In this document: positions 55,380-64,000 of the stretch, in pieces
Numbering within the stretch: the first letter of the stretch is position 1
Layout: each line of letters starts with the position of its first letter
NCBI RefSeq assembly: GCF_048270265.1
Contig: NZ_JBLWTD010000012.1
Coordinates: 9,469-73,468 of the forward strand
DNA from: Maricaulis sp.
GTDB taxonomy: Bacteria > Pseudomonadota > Alphaproteobacteria > Caulobacterales > Maricaulaceae
Reading direction: 5' to 3'
DNA length: 64,000 bases
The notes under the pieces: model-generated
What the model saw: the letters and a program-made list of their open reading frames with translations, nothing else
Database searches by the model: none
What the model was told of the DNA's origin: nothing
Position numbers and translations under genes: made by a program

Positions 55380-56633
55380 TCACTCCGCCTCGGCAGGCAC
55401 TGCATTCTTGAGGGTTGTGGTGTCTTTGCTGCGCGAGGACAGGCCGACAATCAGTGCCAGAACCGTCAGGACCGCGGCCAGCAGGAAGGCGGCGCCGGGC
55501 AAATAGACCGGTGCGTCATCGGTGGTGAAATAGCGAAACACCAGCGGCAGGGTGAGCGGCCCGATCACCATGGACAGGCTCTGCAGGCTCGACATCGCGC
55601 CCTGCAATTCACCCTGGCTGTTGGCCGGCACGAGACGCGAGCAGATCGATTGCATCGCCGGGCCGCCAATCCCCGACAGGGATCCGAAGGCCATGATGAC
55701 GTAAAAGGCCCAGACTTCGCTGACCAGGCCGTAGCCGATATAGGCCAGCGCGGCGATCGAGAAACCGATCGCATAGGATTTCCACTCGCCGATCTTCGCC
55801 ACGATGATGCGGGTCAGGCCACCCTGCACAATGGCCGAGGCCAGTCCGACCGCCATCAGCGACAGGCCGATATCGCGTGGCGTCCAGTCGAAGCGCAGGG
55901 TCGAGAAATAGGTCCAGAGCGCCGGGAAGGAGGCATGCCCCAGGAAAAAGAGAAAGGCTGCCGCCAGCATGGCAAACACGACCGGATATTTGTGCATCTG
56001 GATCAGCGAGCCGAACGGATTGGCGCGGCGGATGTTGAAGGGCCGCCGGTTTTCCGCGCTCAGCGTCTCGGGCAGGATGAAATAGCCATAGATGAAATTG
56101 GCCCCGGCCAGGGCCGCGGCGGCAAAGAAGGGATAGCGCGGATCGACATCGCCGAGCAGGCCGCCGATCACCGGGCCGAGAATGAAGCCGAGACCGAAAG
56201 CCGCGCCCATCATCCCGAAACGGCCGGCGCGATCCTTGGCGTCGGTGATGTCGGCGATATAGGCATTGGCCGTCGTATAGGTCGCCCCGAACACGCCCGA
56301 CAGCAGGCGGCCGACGAACAGGACGGCAAAGGTCGTCGCCGTGCCCATGATCAGATAGTCGAGCGTGAAACCGAGCATGGCGAACAGCAGGATGCCGCGG
56401 CGGCCATATCGGTCGCTCAACCCGCCAATGATCGGGGCGAAGATGAATTGCGTGAAGGCGAAAGTGCCCATCAGCAAACCGCCCATCACCGCAGCGGTTT
56501 CGACAGACTGGCCAGTCAGCTGCATGATCAGCTGCGGCATCACCGGAATGATGATGCCGAAACCGATCATGTCGATCAGCACGGTGATGAAAATGAAGAC
56601 AAAGGCGTGTTTGCCGGGTGCGCGTGCGGTCAT
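55380..56633 (-). CDS. MFS transporter, TCR/Tet (DHA1) family
   Basis: GFGIIIPVMP, GGLSDRYGRR (motif A), GFILGPVIGG (motif C). Confidence 0.92.
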   Translation of the reverse strand: MTARAPGKHAFVFIFITVLIDMIGFGIIIPVMPQLIMQLTGQSVETAAVMGGLLMGTFAFTQFIFAPIIGGLSDRYGRRGILLFAMLGFTLDYLIMGTATTFAVLFVGRLLSGVFGATYTTANAYIADITDAKDRAGRFGMMGAAFGLGFILGPVIGGLLGDVDPRYPFFAAAALAGANFIYGYFILPETLSAENRRPFNIRRANPFGSLIQMHKYPVVFAMLAAAFLFFLGHASFPALWTYFSTLRFDWTPRDIGLSLMAVGLASAIVQGGLTRIIVAKIGEWKSYAIGFSIAALAYIGYGLVSEVWAFYVIMAFGSLSGIGGPAMQSICSRLVPANSQGELQGAMSSLQSLSMVIGPLTLPLVFRYFTTDDAPVYLPGAAFLLAAVLTVLALIVGLSSRSKDTTTLKNAVPAEAE

Positions 56634-56655
56634 GACCGCTCCTCGATCGGGGCGC

Positions 56656-57075
56656 CTATTCCCCGGCGCTTTTCAGCGGTACGCCGTATAACTCCATACG
56701 GTGATCGACAAGCTTGTAGCCCAGCTTGCGCGCGACGGCTTCCTGCAGCCGTTCGATTTCCTCATTGACGAATTCGATCACTTCGCCCGATTTGAGATCG
56801 ATCAGATGGTCGTGATGATCCTCGCCGACTTCCTCATAGCGCGAGCGGCCATCGCGGAAATCATGGCGTTCGATAATGCCGGCATCCTCGAACAGGCGCA
56901 CGGTGCGATAGACGGTGGCCAGCGAAATGCGCGGGTCTTCCGCGACAGCGCGGCGGTGGAGTTCCTCGGCATCGGGATGATCATCGGAATCGGACAGAAC
57001 GCGGGCAATCACCCGGCGTTGATCGGTCATCCGCAGGCCCTTGTCGACGCAAAGCTTCTCGATCCGGTCCGGCAT
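56656..57075 (-). CDS. fur: Fur family transcriptional regulator
   Basis: RMTDQRR, DHPDAEE, ISLATVYRT, HHDHLID. Confidence 0.9.
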   Translation of the reverse strand: MPDRIEKLCVDKGLRMTDQRRVIARVLSDSDDHPDAEELHRRAVAEDPRISLATVYRTVRLFEDAGIIERHDFRDGRSRYEEVGEDHHDHLIDLKSGEVIEFVNEEIERLQEAVARKLGYKLVDHRMELYGVPLKSAGE

Positions 57076-57085
57076 GTGAATTCCC

Positions 57086-57577
57086 CTATTCGCTGAGTGG
57101 AGTGATAAGCTTGGAACCGCTGCCCTGTCCATCGCCGAAGAGCGTTTTTTCGAGGACCAGCGCGTCGCTGCCATCGCCATAATAGCCACGGCGGCAACCG
57201 ATCTGGGCATAACCGCTCTTGAGATACAATGATTTGCCGGCCGCGTTGAGGGTGGAAACCTCAAGAAACATCCGGCCGGCCCCGCGCGAAGCCGCCTCGG
57301 TCTCGCCGCGGGCCAGGATCTGCTCGCCGACACCCTGGCCGCGCTGCTCCGGCACGACACCGATAGTGAGCAATTCGGCCTCGTCAGCGGCAATCCGGCA
57401 AAGCGCCATCCCGACCACCGCATCGCCCTTGCGCGCCAGCAGGCCAAGCGTGGTCGGCATCTGCATCATCGCGGCGATCTCGCCGGCGGACCAGAAGGGT
57501 TGAAAGCAGACGGCGTGGACGTCCGACATCCGCCCCGCCGAGTCCGGGCCGGTGCGCTCGATGCGCAAGGCACTCAC
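57086..57577 (-). CDS. RimI-like GNAT acetyltransferase
   Basis: EAELLTIGV, QRGQGVG, FLEV, RRGYY; follows tsaB. Confidence 0.85.
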   Translation of the reverse strand: MSALRIERTGPDSAGRMSDVHAVCFQPFWSAGEIAAMMQMPTTLGLLARKGDAVVGMALCRIAADEAELLTIGVVPEQRGQGVGEQILARGETEAASRGAGRMFLEVSTLNAAGKSLYLKSGYAQIGCRRGYYGDGSDALVLEKTLFGDGQGSGSKLITPLSE

Positions 57578-58215
57578 GGCTGCACACCGCCGGGCAGTTT
57601 GGCGTCGGGGGGCCGCGCATAGAAAGGCACGGGCGGCGCGCTTGCCGCATCCACACCCTCGGCCAGATCGAGCAGGGCCGGCAGGCTGATGGCCGTCATC
57701 GCAAGATCCGCAAAACCGTCCAGCTCAACCAGGGACGCGCCGCTTCCGGCCAGATGCCCGCAGGAACCGGCGAGCTGGAGAATGCGACCGGCCACAGCAT
57801 CAAGGGTCAGCAATTCGGGCGCATCGGCCGTGCCGCCATCCCAGACCTGCAGGACAATATCGCCGCGCTTGGCATCATGCAGGACCGCCAGCGGACCGGA
57901 GACCGCCGCGCCTTGCGCCAGGACGGCCAGATTGCCGATCCCGACCGCCTCGGCGCCACTGGCCAGGGCCAGACCGCGGGCAAAGGCAACACCGACGCGG
58001 CTGCCGGCAAAGCTGCCCGGGCCGGTCGTGACGCCGATGCGCGAAATCTGTGAGGGATGGAGGCCGGCCTGTTCCAGCATTCCGGCAACCATGGGCGCCA
58101 GATGCTCGGCATGACCGCGGCCGATGGCGTCGCTGCGGCACAGATCCGCCTGCCCCGTGACGCGCAGCGCCACGGAGCAATCGGATCCGGTCGTGTCGAT
58201 CACCAGTAATGCCAT
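57574..58215 (-). CDS. tsaB: tRNA threonylcarbamoyladenosine biosynthesis protein TsaB
   Basis: LVIDTTG, HAEHL, GPGSFAGSRVG, DAKRG. Confidence 0.93.
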   Translation of the reverse strand: MALLVIDTTGSDCSVALRVTGQADLCRSDAIGRGHAEHLAPMVAGMLEQAGLHPSQISRIGVTTGPGSFAGSRVGVAFARGLALASGAEAVGIGNLAVLAQGAAVSGPLAVLHDAKRGDIVLQVWDGGTADAPELLTLDAVAGRILQLAGSCGHLAGSGASLVELDGFADLAMTAISLPALLDLAEGVDAASAPPVPFYARPPDAKLPGGVQP

Positions 58216-58224
58216 GTCTGCGGT

Positions 58225-58854
58225 CTAGATGATTTGCGCCGCTTCGTCGAAGCTCAGACGCGGCAGCCGCGGGAACAGGTTCCGGGTGGTGCCGACCCCG
58301 AGATTGAACAGGATGTCGGACTTCCAGTTTTCCGTACCCGGCTTGCCGGCGAAGAACTCGGCGTCGACACCGGCGGCGTCAAAGCCCGTCATCGGACCGG
58401 TATCCAGCCCCAGCGCACGCGCCGCCAGCAGGAAATACCCGGCCTGCAGCACCGAATTGCGGCGGCCATTGAGCTCGGCACCCGGTCCGGTAAACCATTC
58501 GCGTGCCCCGGGATTGTGCGGCATGAGTTGGGGAATCTTGTCGTAGTATTTCTCGTCCCAGGCGAAAATCACCGTCACCGGGGCCTTCATCGTCTTCTCG
58601 ACATTGCCTTCGCTGAGAAACGGTTTCAGGCGCGCCTTGGCCTCGGGAGACTGGACAAACACAAAGCGGGCCGGCGAGTTGTTGGCGCTGGTCGGGCCCA
58701 TTTTCGTGATGTCGTACAAACGCTTCAGCGTTTCTTCTGCAATCGGGGTCGGCTCGAAATCATTATAGGTGCGGGCATCAAGGAAAAGCTGCGCGATCGC
58801 CGCTTCATCAATGACGGAATTCTTCGTGGGTTTGCTGGTCACTTCGCCTGACAT
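58225..58854 (-). CDS. RutE-like nitroreductase (malonic semialdehyde reductase family)
   Basis: [41 protein letters not shown]. Confidence 0.88.
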   Translation of the reverse strand: MSGEVTSKPTKNSVIDEAAIAQLFLDARTYNDFEPTPIAEETLKRLYDITKMGPTSANNSPARFVFVQSPEAKARLKPFLSEGNVEKTMKAPVTVIFAWDEKYYDKIPQLMPHNPGAREWFTGPGAELNGRRNSVLQAGYFLLAARALGLDTGPMTGFDAAGVDAEFFAGKPGTENWKSDILFNLGVGTTRNLFPRLPRLSFDEAAQII

Positions 58855-58963
58855 GTGTCGTCTCCGCAGCGTGAATTGATGTTGTGGCAGACATAAACAG
58901 ACGGTGAGCCGACTTTAATATGCCATTTTGGAAAAAGACTTGCTTCGCCCCGGACGCAGTCCG

Positions 58964-59527
58964 TCAGGCAACAGCCTCAACGGACTGGATCTCCGGAATG
59001 TAGTGCTTGAGCAGGTTTTCGATCCCGGCCTTCAGCGTCATCGTCGAGGACGGACAGCCGGAACAGGCGCCGCGCATTTTCAGCCGCACCGTGCCGCTCT
59101 CGGCAATAAAGGAATGGAACAGGATATCGCCGCCATCCTGGGCCACGGCCGGACGCACACGTGTATCGATCAGATCGATGATTTCCTTGACGATCTCGTC
59201 ATCATCGCCGGCATAGGCCGCATGGCCACTCTCGGTCTCGGCATCGCCCAGGATCGGACGTCCCGATTGCAGCCCGTCCATGATTGCGCCGAGCAGGAAG
59301 GGTTTCACATGGTCCCACTCGACTGCGGCTTCCTTGGTGATGGCGATAAAATCCTCGCCGAGGAAGACGCCGGTCACACCCTGGATCAGGAAGAGATCAG
59401 CTGCGAGCGGAGAGGCTTCGGCGGCATCGGCATTCTCGAATTCATGCGGTCCGTCCGGCGAGATTTCGCGGCCGGGCAGGAATTTGAGCGTATTGGGATT
59501 GGGTGTGGATTCGGTCTGGATGAACAT
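58964..59527 (-). CDS. NifU/NfuA family Fe-S scaffold/carrier
   Basis: MFIQTESTPNPNTLKFLPG, VRPAVAQDGGDI, GACSGCPSS. Confidence 0.95.
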   Translation of the reverse strand: MFIQTESTPNPNTLKFLPGREISPDGPHEFENADAAEASPLAADLFLIQGVTGVFLGEDFIAITKEAAVEWDHVKPFLLGAIMDGLQSGRPILGDAETESGHAAYAGDDDEIVKEIIDLIDTRVRPAVAQDGGDILFHSFIAESGTVRLKMRGACSGCPSSTMTLKAGIENLLKHYIPEIQSVEAVA

Positions 59528-59595
59528 CGGGCATCTCCTTGCCCCTCAATTGGCGCTGAATCCGGTCCGGTTCAACCCTTTCATCGGCAGGGTTA

Positions 59596-60072
59596 TCAGG
59601 ACAGGGCGTCGATTTCCGAATTCTCCATATCGCCGGGCACGACTGTCACCGGCACGGCGCGGCCACTGAACAGGCCCTTGCCACGCGCCAGCGAGGTCAC
59701 CAGCGGGCCGGGGCCCTCACTCGAAACCGATGCACCCAGCACGAGGAAGGAAATCAGCGGATCCTCCTCGAGCACCTGCGCCAGGACAGCGCGGCATTCG
59801 CCTTGGCGCAGGATCAGCTCCGGACGCTCGCCGGTGACGGCCTCGGCGTCCTCGGCCAGCGATTCCAGCAAAGCCTCGGCCGCAACCTCGGCCTCGCGCT
59901 TGGCGGTCTCGGCCACGCCGATCCAGTGATTGAAATCGCCGGTCTGATAGGCCGCGAGAATAGCGACCTTGGCACCGAGCGTATGGGCCCGGCGCGCAGC
60001 AAAGTAGAGCGCCTTGCGGCACTCTGGACTTTCGTCGGCGATGGTGAGGAATTTTCGGGTGCGATTTGACAT
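59596..60072 (-). CDS. Universal stress protein
   Basis: RKFLTIADESPEC, LVLGA, GPGPLV, PVTVVPG. Confidence 0.88.
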   Translation of the reverse strand: MSNRTRKFLTIADESPECRKALYFAARRAHTLGAKVAILAAYQTGDFNHWIGVAETAKREAEVAAEALLESLAEDAEAVTGERPELILRQGECRAVLAQVLEEDPLISFLVLGASVSSEGPGPLVTSLARGKGLFSGRAVPVTVVPGDMENSEIDALS

Positions 60073-60140
60073 TGCGGCGGAGTTTGGCGAGTTCAACCGG
60101 ACTCGTCCAGTATTTGGTTTTCCGGGATCTGAGAGAGATT

Positions 60141-60731
60141 ATGGTTCAGCATCAAGACCGGCGCAGCGGCACAAGCGGCCTGCGCAAGACAGGGCTGGGT
60201 CCCGAGGCGCTCATTCAGGAGAATGAGAGCGGTGAAATCCTGGTATCGATGCCCTTTGCCACCATCCGTACTCTCCGGCTCAATGTCGAGATGGCGGGCC
60301 CGTCGAGCCAGGTTGTCTGCCATGTCACCGACGATGCCGGCCGTGAAATCGTGTTCGGCTCGATGAGCTGGGTGCGGCCGCGCGCCTGGGAATTGCGGGC
60401 CGACACTTTTCGCGCCCTGCTGATCGCGCTGCACCAGGCGCTCACCCCATGGCGCGACTCAATCCGCTTTGTCGAAGGTCCGAAACCGGGATTCATGCTG
60501 GCCATGTTTGCGCTCGGCGGCATAACCGGCGCTGTCTGCCTGGCCGGTTTTGCCTGGCTCTTCCTCTGGCAGGAAAACGCGGCCGGCCTGTTCCTGCTCG
60601 CGGGGGTATTTGCCGGCGGCTGGCTGATGCGCCTGTTCTGGCCGCGCGCACCGAAACCCTATGACCCGGACCGCTATGCGCTCGCCGCGCCCCTGACCGC
60701 GCCCGACAAGGCCCCGTCCGAAACCGGCTGA
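60141..60731 (+). CDS. Hypothetical membrane protein
   Basis: GAGAG before MVQHQ; soluble N-terminal region and two C-terminal TM helices. Confidence 0.6.
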   Translation: MVQHQDRRSGTSGLRKTGLGPEALIQENESGEILVSMPFATIRTLRLNVEMAGPSSQVVCHVTDDAGREIVFGSMSWVRPRAWELRADTFRALLIALHQALTPWRDSIRFVEGPKPGFMLAMFALGGITGAVCLAGFAWLFLWQENAAGLFLLAGVFAGGWLMRLFWPRAPKPYDPDRYALAAPLTAPDKAPSETG

Positions 60732-60735
60732 ACCG

Positions 60736-61302
60736 CTATTCGGTGGCGGTTGCCGGATCCGGCGCCGTCGAGCGCACCGCGAATTGCACCGGCACCTCGC
60801 CGGCACGCTCAAACACCAGCACACCGTCAACGCTCGCGCCTTCGACGACCGGAGCGAGGCCGAACACCATCAGATGATGGCCGCCCGGAGCAAAATTGAG
60901 AGAGCCGCCCGTCAGGATGTCCTGGGGACCGATCGGCCGCATCTGCATCATGCCGGTTTCCGGATCCATGGTGTGCCCGTGCAGCTCGACGCGCTCAGCC
61001 CCGTCGATCCGTGCCGCCAGCAGGCGATCCGCCGCTCCGTCCGCCAGGCGGGCGGTGAAATAGGCAGCCGTCACATCGCGGCCCTGCGGGTGCGGCCGCA
61101 TCCAGCTGCCACTGACCGCGATCACCGGCACGACGCCGTCATCGGGCAGGGGCGCCGGCACATCCGGAGCCGCCGCGTCATTCATCGCATGGCCGGACAT
61201 GTCATGACCGCCATCATGATCCATCGCGGGCGCGGCATCTTCCTGCACGCCGCAGGCGGCAAGCAGGCCGGCCAGGGCCGCGACAAGGGATAATCTCAAC
61301 AT
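60736..61302 (-). CDS. Copper chaperone PCu(A)C, lipoprotein
   Basis: Lipobox LLAAC, His/Met-rich N-terminus, ELHGHTM...MMQM...GGHHLM. Confidence 0.9.
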   Translation of the reverse strand: MLRLSLVAALAGLLAACGVQEDAAPAMDHDGGHDMSGHAMNDAAAPDVPAPLPDDGVVPVIAVSGSWMRPHPQGRDVTAAYFTARLADGAADRLLAARIDGAERVELHGHTMDPETGMMQMRPIGPQDILTGGSLNFAPGGHHLMVFGLAPVVEGASVDGVLVFERAGEVPVQFAVRSTAPDPATATE

Positions 61303-61382
61303 GGTGCGTCTCCGGAAAACTCGATGCAGTTAGGCCTGAAACAGAGGCCGTGTCAGTGCGGCCTTCTGTCCCGGCAGATGCA

Positions 61383-62420
61383 TCAGCTCCAATAGCCGAT
61401 GATCTGCTTGGCTTCCTTGAGCACCGGCGCCGCCACGGCGCGTGCCCGCTCGGCCCCGTCGGTGAGGATGCGGTCGATCTCGGCCCGGTCGGCCACCAGG
61501 CGGCGGAACTCGTCCGAGATCGGTGCGAGATGCTGGACGGCGACATCAACCAGGGCCGGCTTGAACACGCCGAAACCCTGGCCGGCGTATTCCGCCAGCA
61601 CATCGGCCTTGGTGCGCCCGGAGAGCGCGGCGTAGATCCCGACCAGATTGCTCGCTTCCGGCCGCGCATCCAGGGCCTCGAGCGTGTCGGGCAGGGGCTC
61701 GGGATCGGTCTTGGCCTTGCGGATCTTGCGGGCGATCGTGTCGGCATCATCGTGCAGATTGATGCGCGAATTGTCGGAGACGTCGGATTTGGACATTTTC
61801 GACAGACCATCGCGCAGGCTCATGATGCGCGCGCCCGGCCCCTGGATCACCGGCTCGGTGATCGGGAAGACCGTCTTGCCGTCGCAATAGTCCCGGTTGA
61901 AGCGAGCGGCGACATCGCGGCACAATTCGAGATGCTGTTTCTGATCGTCACCGACCGGCACGTGGGTGGCCTTGTAGACCAGGATATCGGCCGCCATCAG
62001 CACCGGATAGGTGAACAGCCCCACCGAGGCGCGCTCCTTGTCCTTGCCGGCCTTGTCCTTGAACTGGGTCATGCGCTCGAGCCAGCCCATGCGCGCGACA
62101 CAATTGAGGATCCAGGCCAGCTCGGCATGTTCCGGCACAGCCGACTGCGCGAAAACGGCGCTCTTGGCCGGATCGACCCCGGCCGCGAGATAGGCCGCGG
62201 CAGCCCCACGCACCGCACCGGGCAGGGCCGCGGGATCGTGCGGCATGGTGATCGCGTGCATGTCGACCACGCAATAGAAACACTCCCAGCTGCCCTCATC
62301 CTGCAGGGAGACCCAGTTCTTGAGCGCCCCGAGATAATTGCCCAGATGCAGCTGGCCGGTCGGCTGCATGCCGGAAAAGATGCGCTGAGGGCCGTTATAG
62401 TCGCTCGGAGTGTCACTCAT
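61383..62420 (-). CDS. trpS: Tryptophan--tRNA ligase
   Basis: [40 protein letters not shown]. Confidence 0.98.
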   Translation of the reverse strand: MSDTPSDYNGPQRIFSGMQPTGQLHLGNYLGALKNWVSLQDEGSWECFYCVVDMHAITMPHDPAALPGAVRGAAAAYLAAGVDPAKSAVFAQSAVPEHAELAWILNCVARMGWLERMTQFKDKAGKDKERASVGLFTYPVLMAADILVYKATHVPVGDDQKQHLELCRDVAARFNRDYCDGKTVFPITEPVIQGPGARIMSLRDGLSKMSKSDVSDNSRINLHDDADTIARKIRKAKTDPEPLPDTLEALDARPEASNLVGIYAALSGRTKADVLAEYAGQGFGVFKPALVDVAVQHLAPISDEFRRLVADRAEIDRILTDGAERARAVAAPVLKEAKQIIGYWS

Positions 62421-62483
62421 GGTGTGCCTCGGGTGGAAGGAGGTGAAAGGGAGAGGTGGTCTTAGCGAGCGCGGCGACGGCGC

Positions 62484-64000
62484 TCAAGGCCGCTTGAGTG
62501 CGTCACGCAGCTCGGAGACCCGCAGGGCCCCTGTCAGGATCGCCGCGATCCCGAAGACGCCGGCGCCCGCGCCGCAGACGAGCGCCAGCGCCAGCAGCGG
62601 CAGGTCAAAGGTATGGGCCGTGATCCAGGCAGTATGCCGGTTCGCCAGCGCCAGAAAGGCCGACATCAGGATCACGGCGCCGACGATGCGCGGAAACCGG
62701 TTCAGCAGGCGGGCGTCGGGCTGCAACAGGCCGCGCTTGCGCAGGGTGAGTGCCAAAAGGATGGCATTGACCCAGCCCGCCACCGTGGTCGCGATCGCGA
62801 GGCCGAGAAAGTTCAGCGGCCCGAAGAACAGGATCAGGCCGAGCACGAGATTGACCGCCACGGAAACCGCGGCAAACCGCATCGGCGTCATCGTGTCCTG
62901 GCGGGCAAAGAATCCCGGCGAGAGCACCTTGATCAGCACGAAGGCCGGCAAGCCGGCCGCAAAGGCAATCACGGCCATCGAGACCTTGTCGGCCGCGTCG
63001 GCGGTAAAGGCACCGTTCTGATAGAGCGCCGTGACGATGAAATGCGGGATAACCGCCAGCGCGGCAGCAGCCGGCAGGGTCAGCGCCATCGAGACCTCGA
63101 GGCCGCGATTCATCACATTGGCCGCGCCGGTGACGTCGCCGGAGCGCAGGCGGCCGGACAGTGTGGGCAGCAGCACCACACCCATTGCAATACCGACCAC
63201 GCCGAGCGGGAATTGATACAGGCGATCCGCATAATACAGCCAGGAGCGCGCGCCCTCCTCGAGGGTCGCAATGGAGGAGGTGACGAGAATATTGATCTGG
63301 GTGACCCCCGCCGCCACCGCGCCGGGAACCCCGAGCACGATCAGGCGCCGCGTATCCGGCGTCAGCCTTGGCAATTGCAGGCTCAGCCGCACGCCGAGCT
63401 GCCGCGCCGAAAACCACAGCCAGGCCGTCTGCAACACGCCGGACAGTGTGATGCCCACGCACAGATAGAGCGCCATTTCCTCACCGCCGGCGCCGGAGAA
63501 CAGCATGATGCCGATCAGGGTCAGGTTGAGCAGGACGGGCGCGGCGGCGGCGGCCGCAAACTTGCCGTGGGAATTGAGGATGCCACTCAGCATCGCCGAG
63601 AGCGACATCATCAGCAGATAGGGCATGGTGATCTGCGTCAGCAGGACCGCGAGCTCAAAGGTTTGCGGGTCTTCGACAAAGCCCGGACCGAGCAGATACA
63701 TCAGCCAGGGCATGGCGAGCTGCGCCACGATGACGAAGACAAACATGGCGGTGAAGAGCAGCGACAGGACCTGGCGGGCAAACAGCTGGGCCTCGGTCGG
63801 CCCGTCGCCCTCCAGCTTGCCGGCATACAGCGGCACAAAGGCGGAGTTGAACGCACCCTCGGCGAAAATCCGCCGGAACAGGTTGGGAAACTGGAAGGCT
63901 GTCAGGAACACGTCTGTCGTGGCCCCGGCCCCGAGCGCCGCCGCCAGCAGCATTTCCCGGACCAGTCCGAGAACCCGGCTCGCGGACGTGAACAGGCCCA
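62484..64000 (-). CDS. murJ: Lipid II flippase MurJ, 5'-truncated by the window edge
   Basis: The frame stays open to the window end (SRVLGLVRE); AFQFPNLFRRIFAEGAF, ADRLYQFPLG. Confidence 0.95.
   Translation of the reverse strand, partial: GLFTSASRVLGLVREMLLAAALGAGATTDVFLTAFQFPNLFRRIFAEGAFNSAFVPLYAGKLEGDGPTEAQLFARQVLSLLFTAMFVFVIVAQLAMPWLMYLLGPGFVEDPQTFELAVLLTQITMPYLLMMSLSAMLSGILNSHGKFAAAAAAPVLLNLTLIGIMLFSGAGGEEMALYLCVGITLSGVLQTAWLWFSARQLGVRLSLQLPRLTPDTRRLIVLGVPGAVAAGVTQINILVTSSIATLEEGARSWLYYADRLYQFPLGVVGIAMGVVLLPTLSGRLRSGDVTGAANVMNRGLEVSMALTLPAAAALAVIPHFIVTALYQNGAFTADAADKVSMAVIAFAAGLPAFVLIKVLSPGFFARQDTMTPMRFAAVSVAVNLVLGLILFFGPLNFLGLAIATTVAGWVNAILLALTLRKRGLLQPDARLLNRFPRIVGAVILMSAFLALANRHTAWITAHTFDLPLLALALVCGAGAGVFGIAAILTGALRVSELRDALKRP

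Noticed and set aside
59548-59576. RpoH-like promoter (GTTGAA-N16-GCCAATT, minus strand) upstream of the nfu gene
   Set aside because: The match is too degenerate to call without TSS data.

Overview
High-GC alphaproteobacterial chromosome segment, probably Caulobacterales/Maricaulales-like (inferred from gene order and protein character). It is mostly core genes: gyrB, recF-dnaN-dnaA-rpsT, mutM, ubiE/ubiB, coaC/coaB-dut, cysK, fabA-fabB-fabI, pnp-rpsO-truB-rbfA, infB-ylxR-nusA-rimP-trmB, lnt-corC-ybeY-phoH-miaB, fur-rimI-tsaB-rutE-nfu-usp, trpS and a partial murJ. Several accessory modules sit inside these conserved neighbourhoods. (1) Between recF and gyrB: a four-gene CP-ATP-grasp/alpha-E/transglutaminase/Anbu operon plus a TetR-LysE/CPBP unit with a clear palindromic operator candidate. 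(2) After fabI: a low-GC convergent pair, BglII/BstYI-like endonuclease plus MT-A70 methyltransferase; the nuclease start overlaps the fabI stop and the pair lies upstream of a plus-strand terminator. (3) A membrane-bound LytTR regulator divergent from an acyltransferase, with helically phased direct repeats between them. (4) A stand-alone sensor globin, a Pif1-like helicase, a SpoIIAA-like gene splitting ubiE-ubiB, and a tandem secreted SnoaL pair splitting infB-rbfA. coaBC is split into two overlapping ORFs. I saw no tRNA, rRNA, CRISPR array, transposase or integrase. All calls come from motif recognition by eye; no database searches were run, and some start codons were re-chosen relative to the ORF track.
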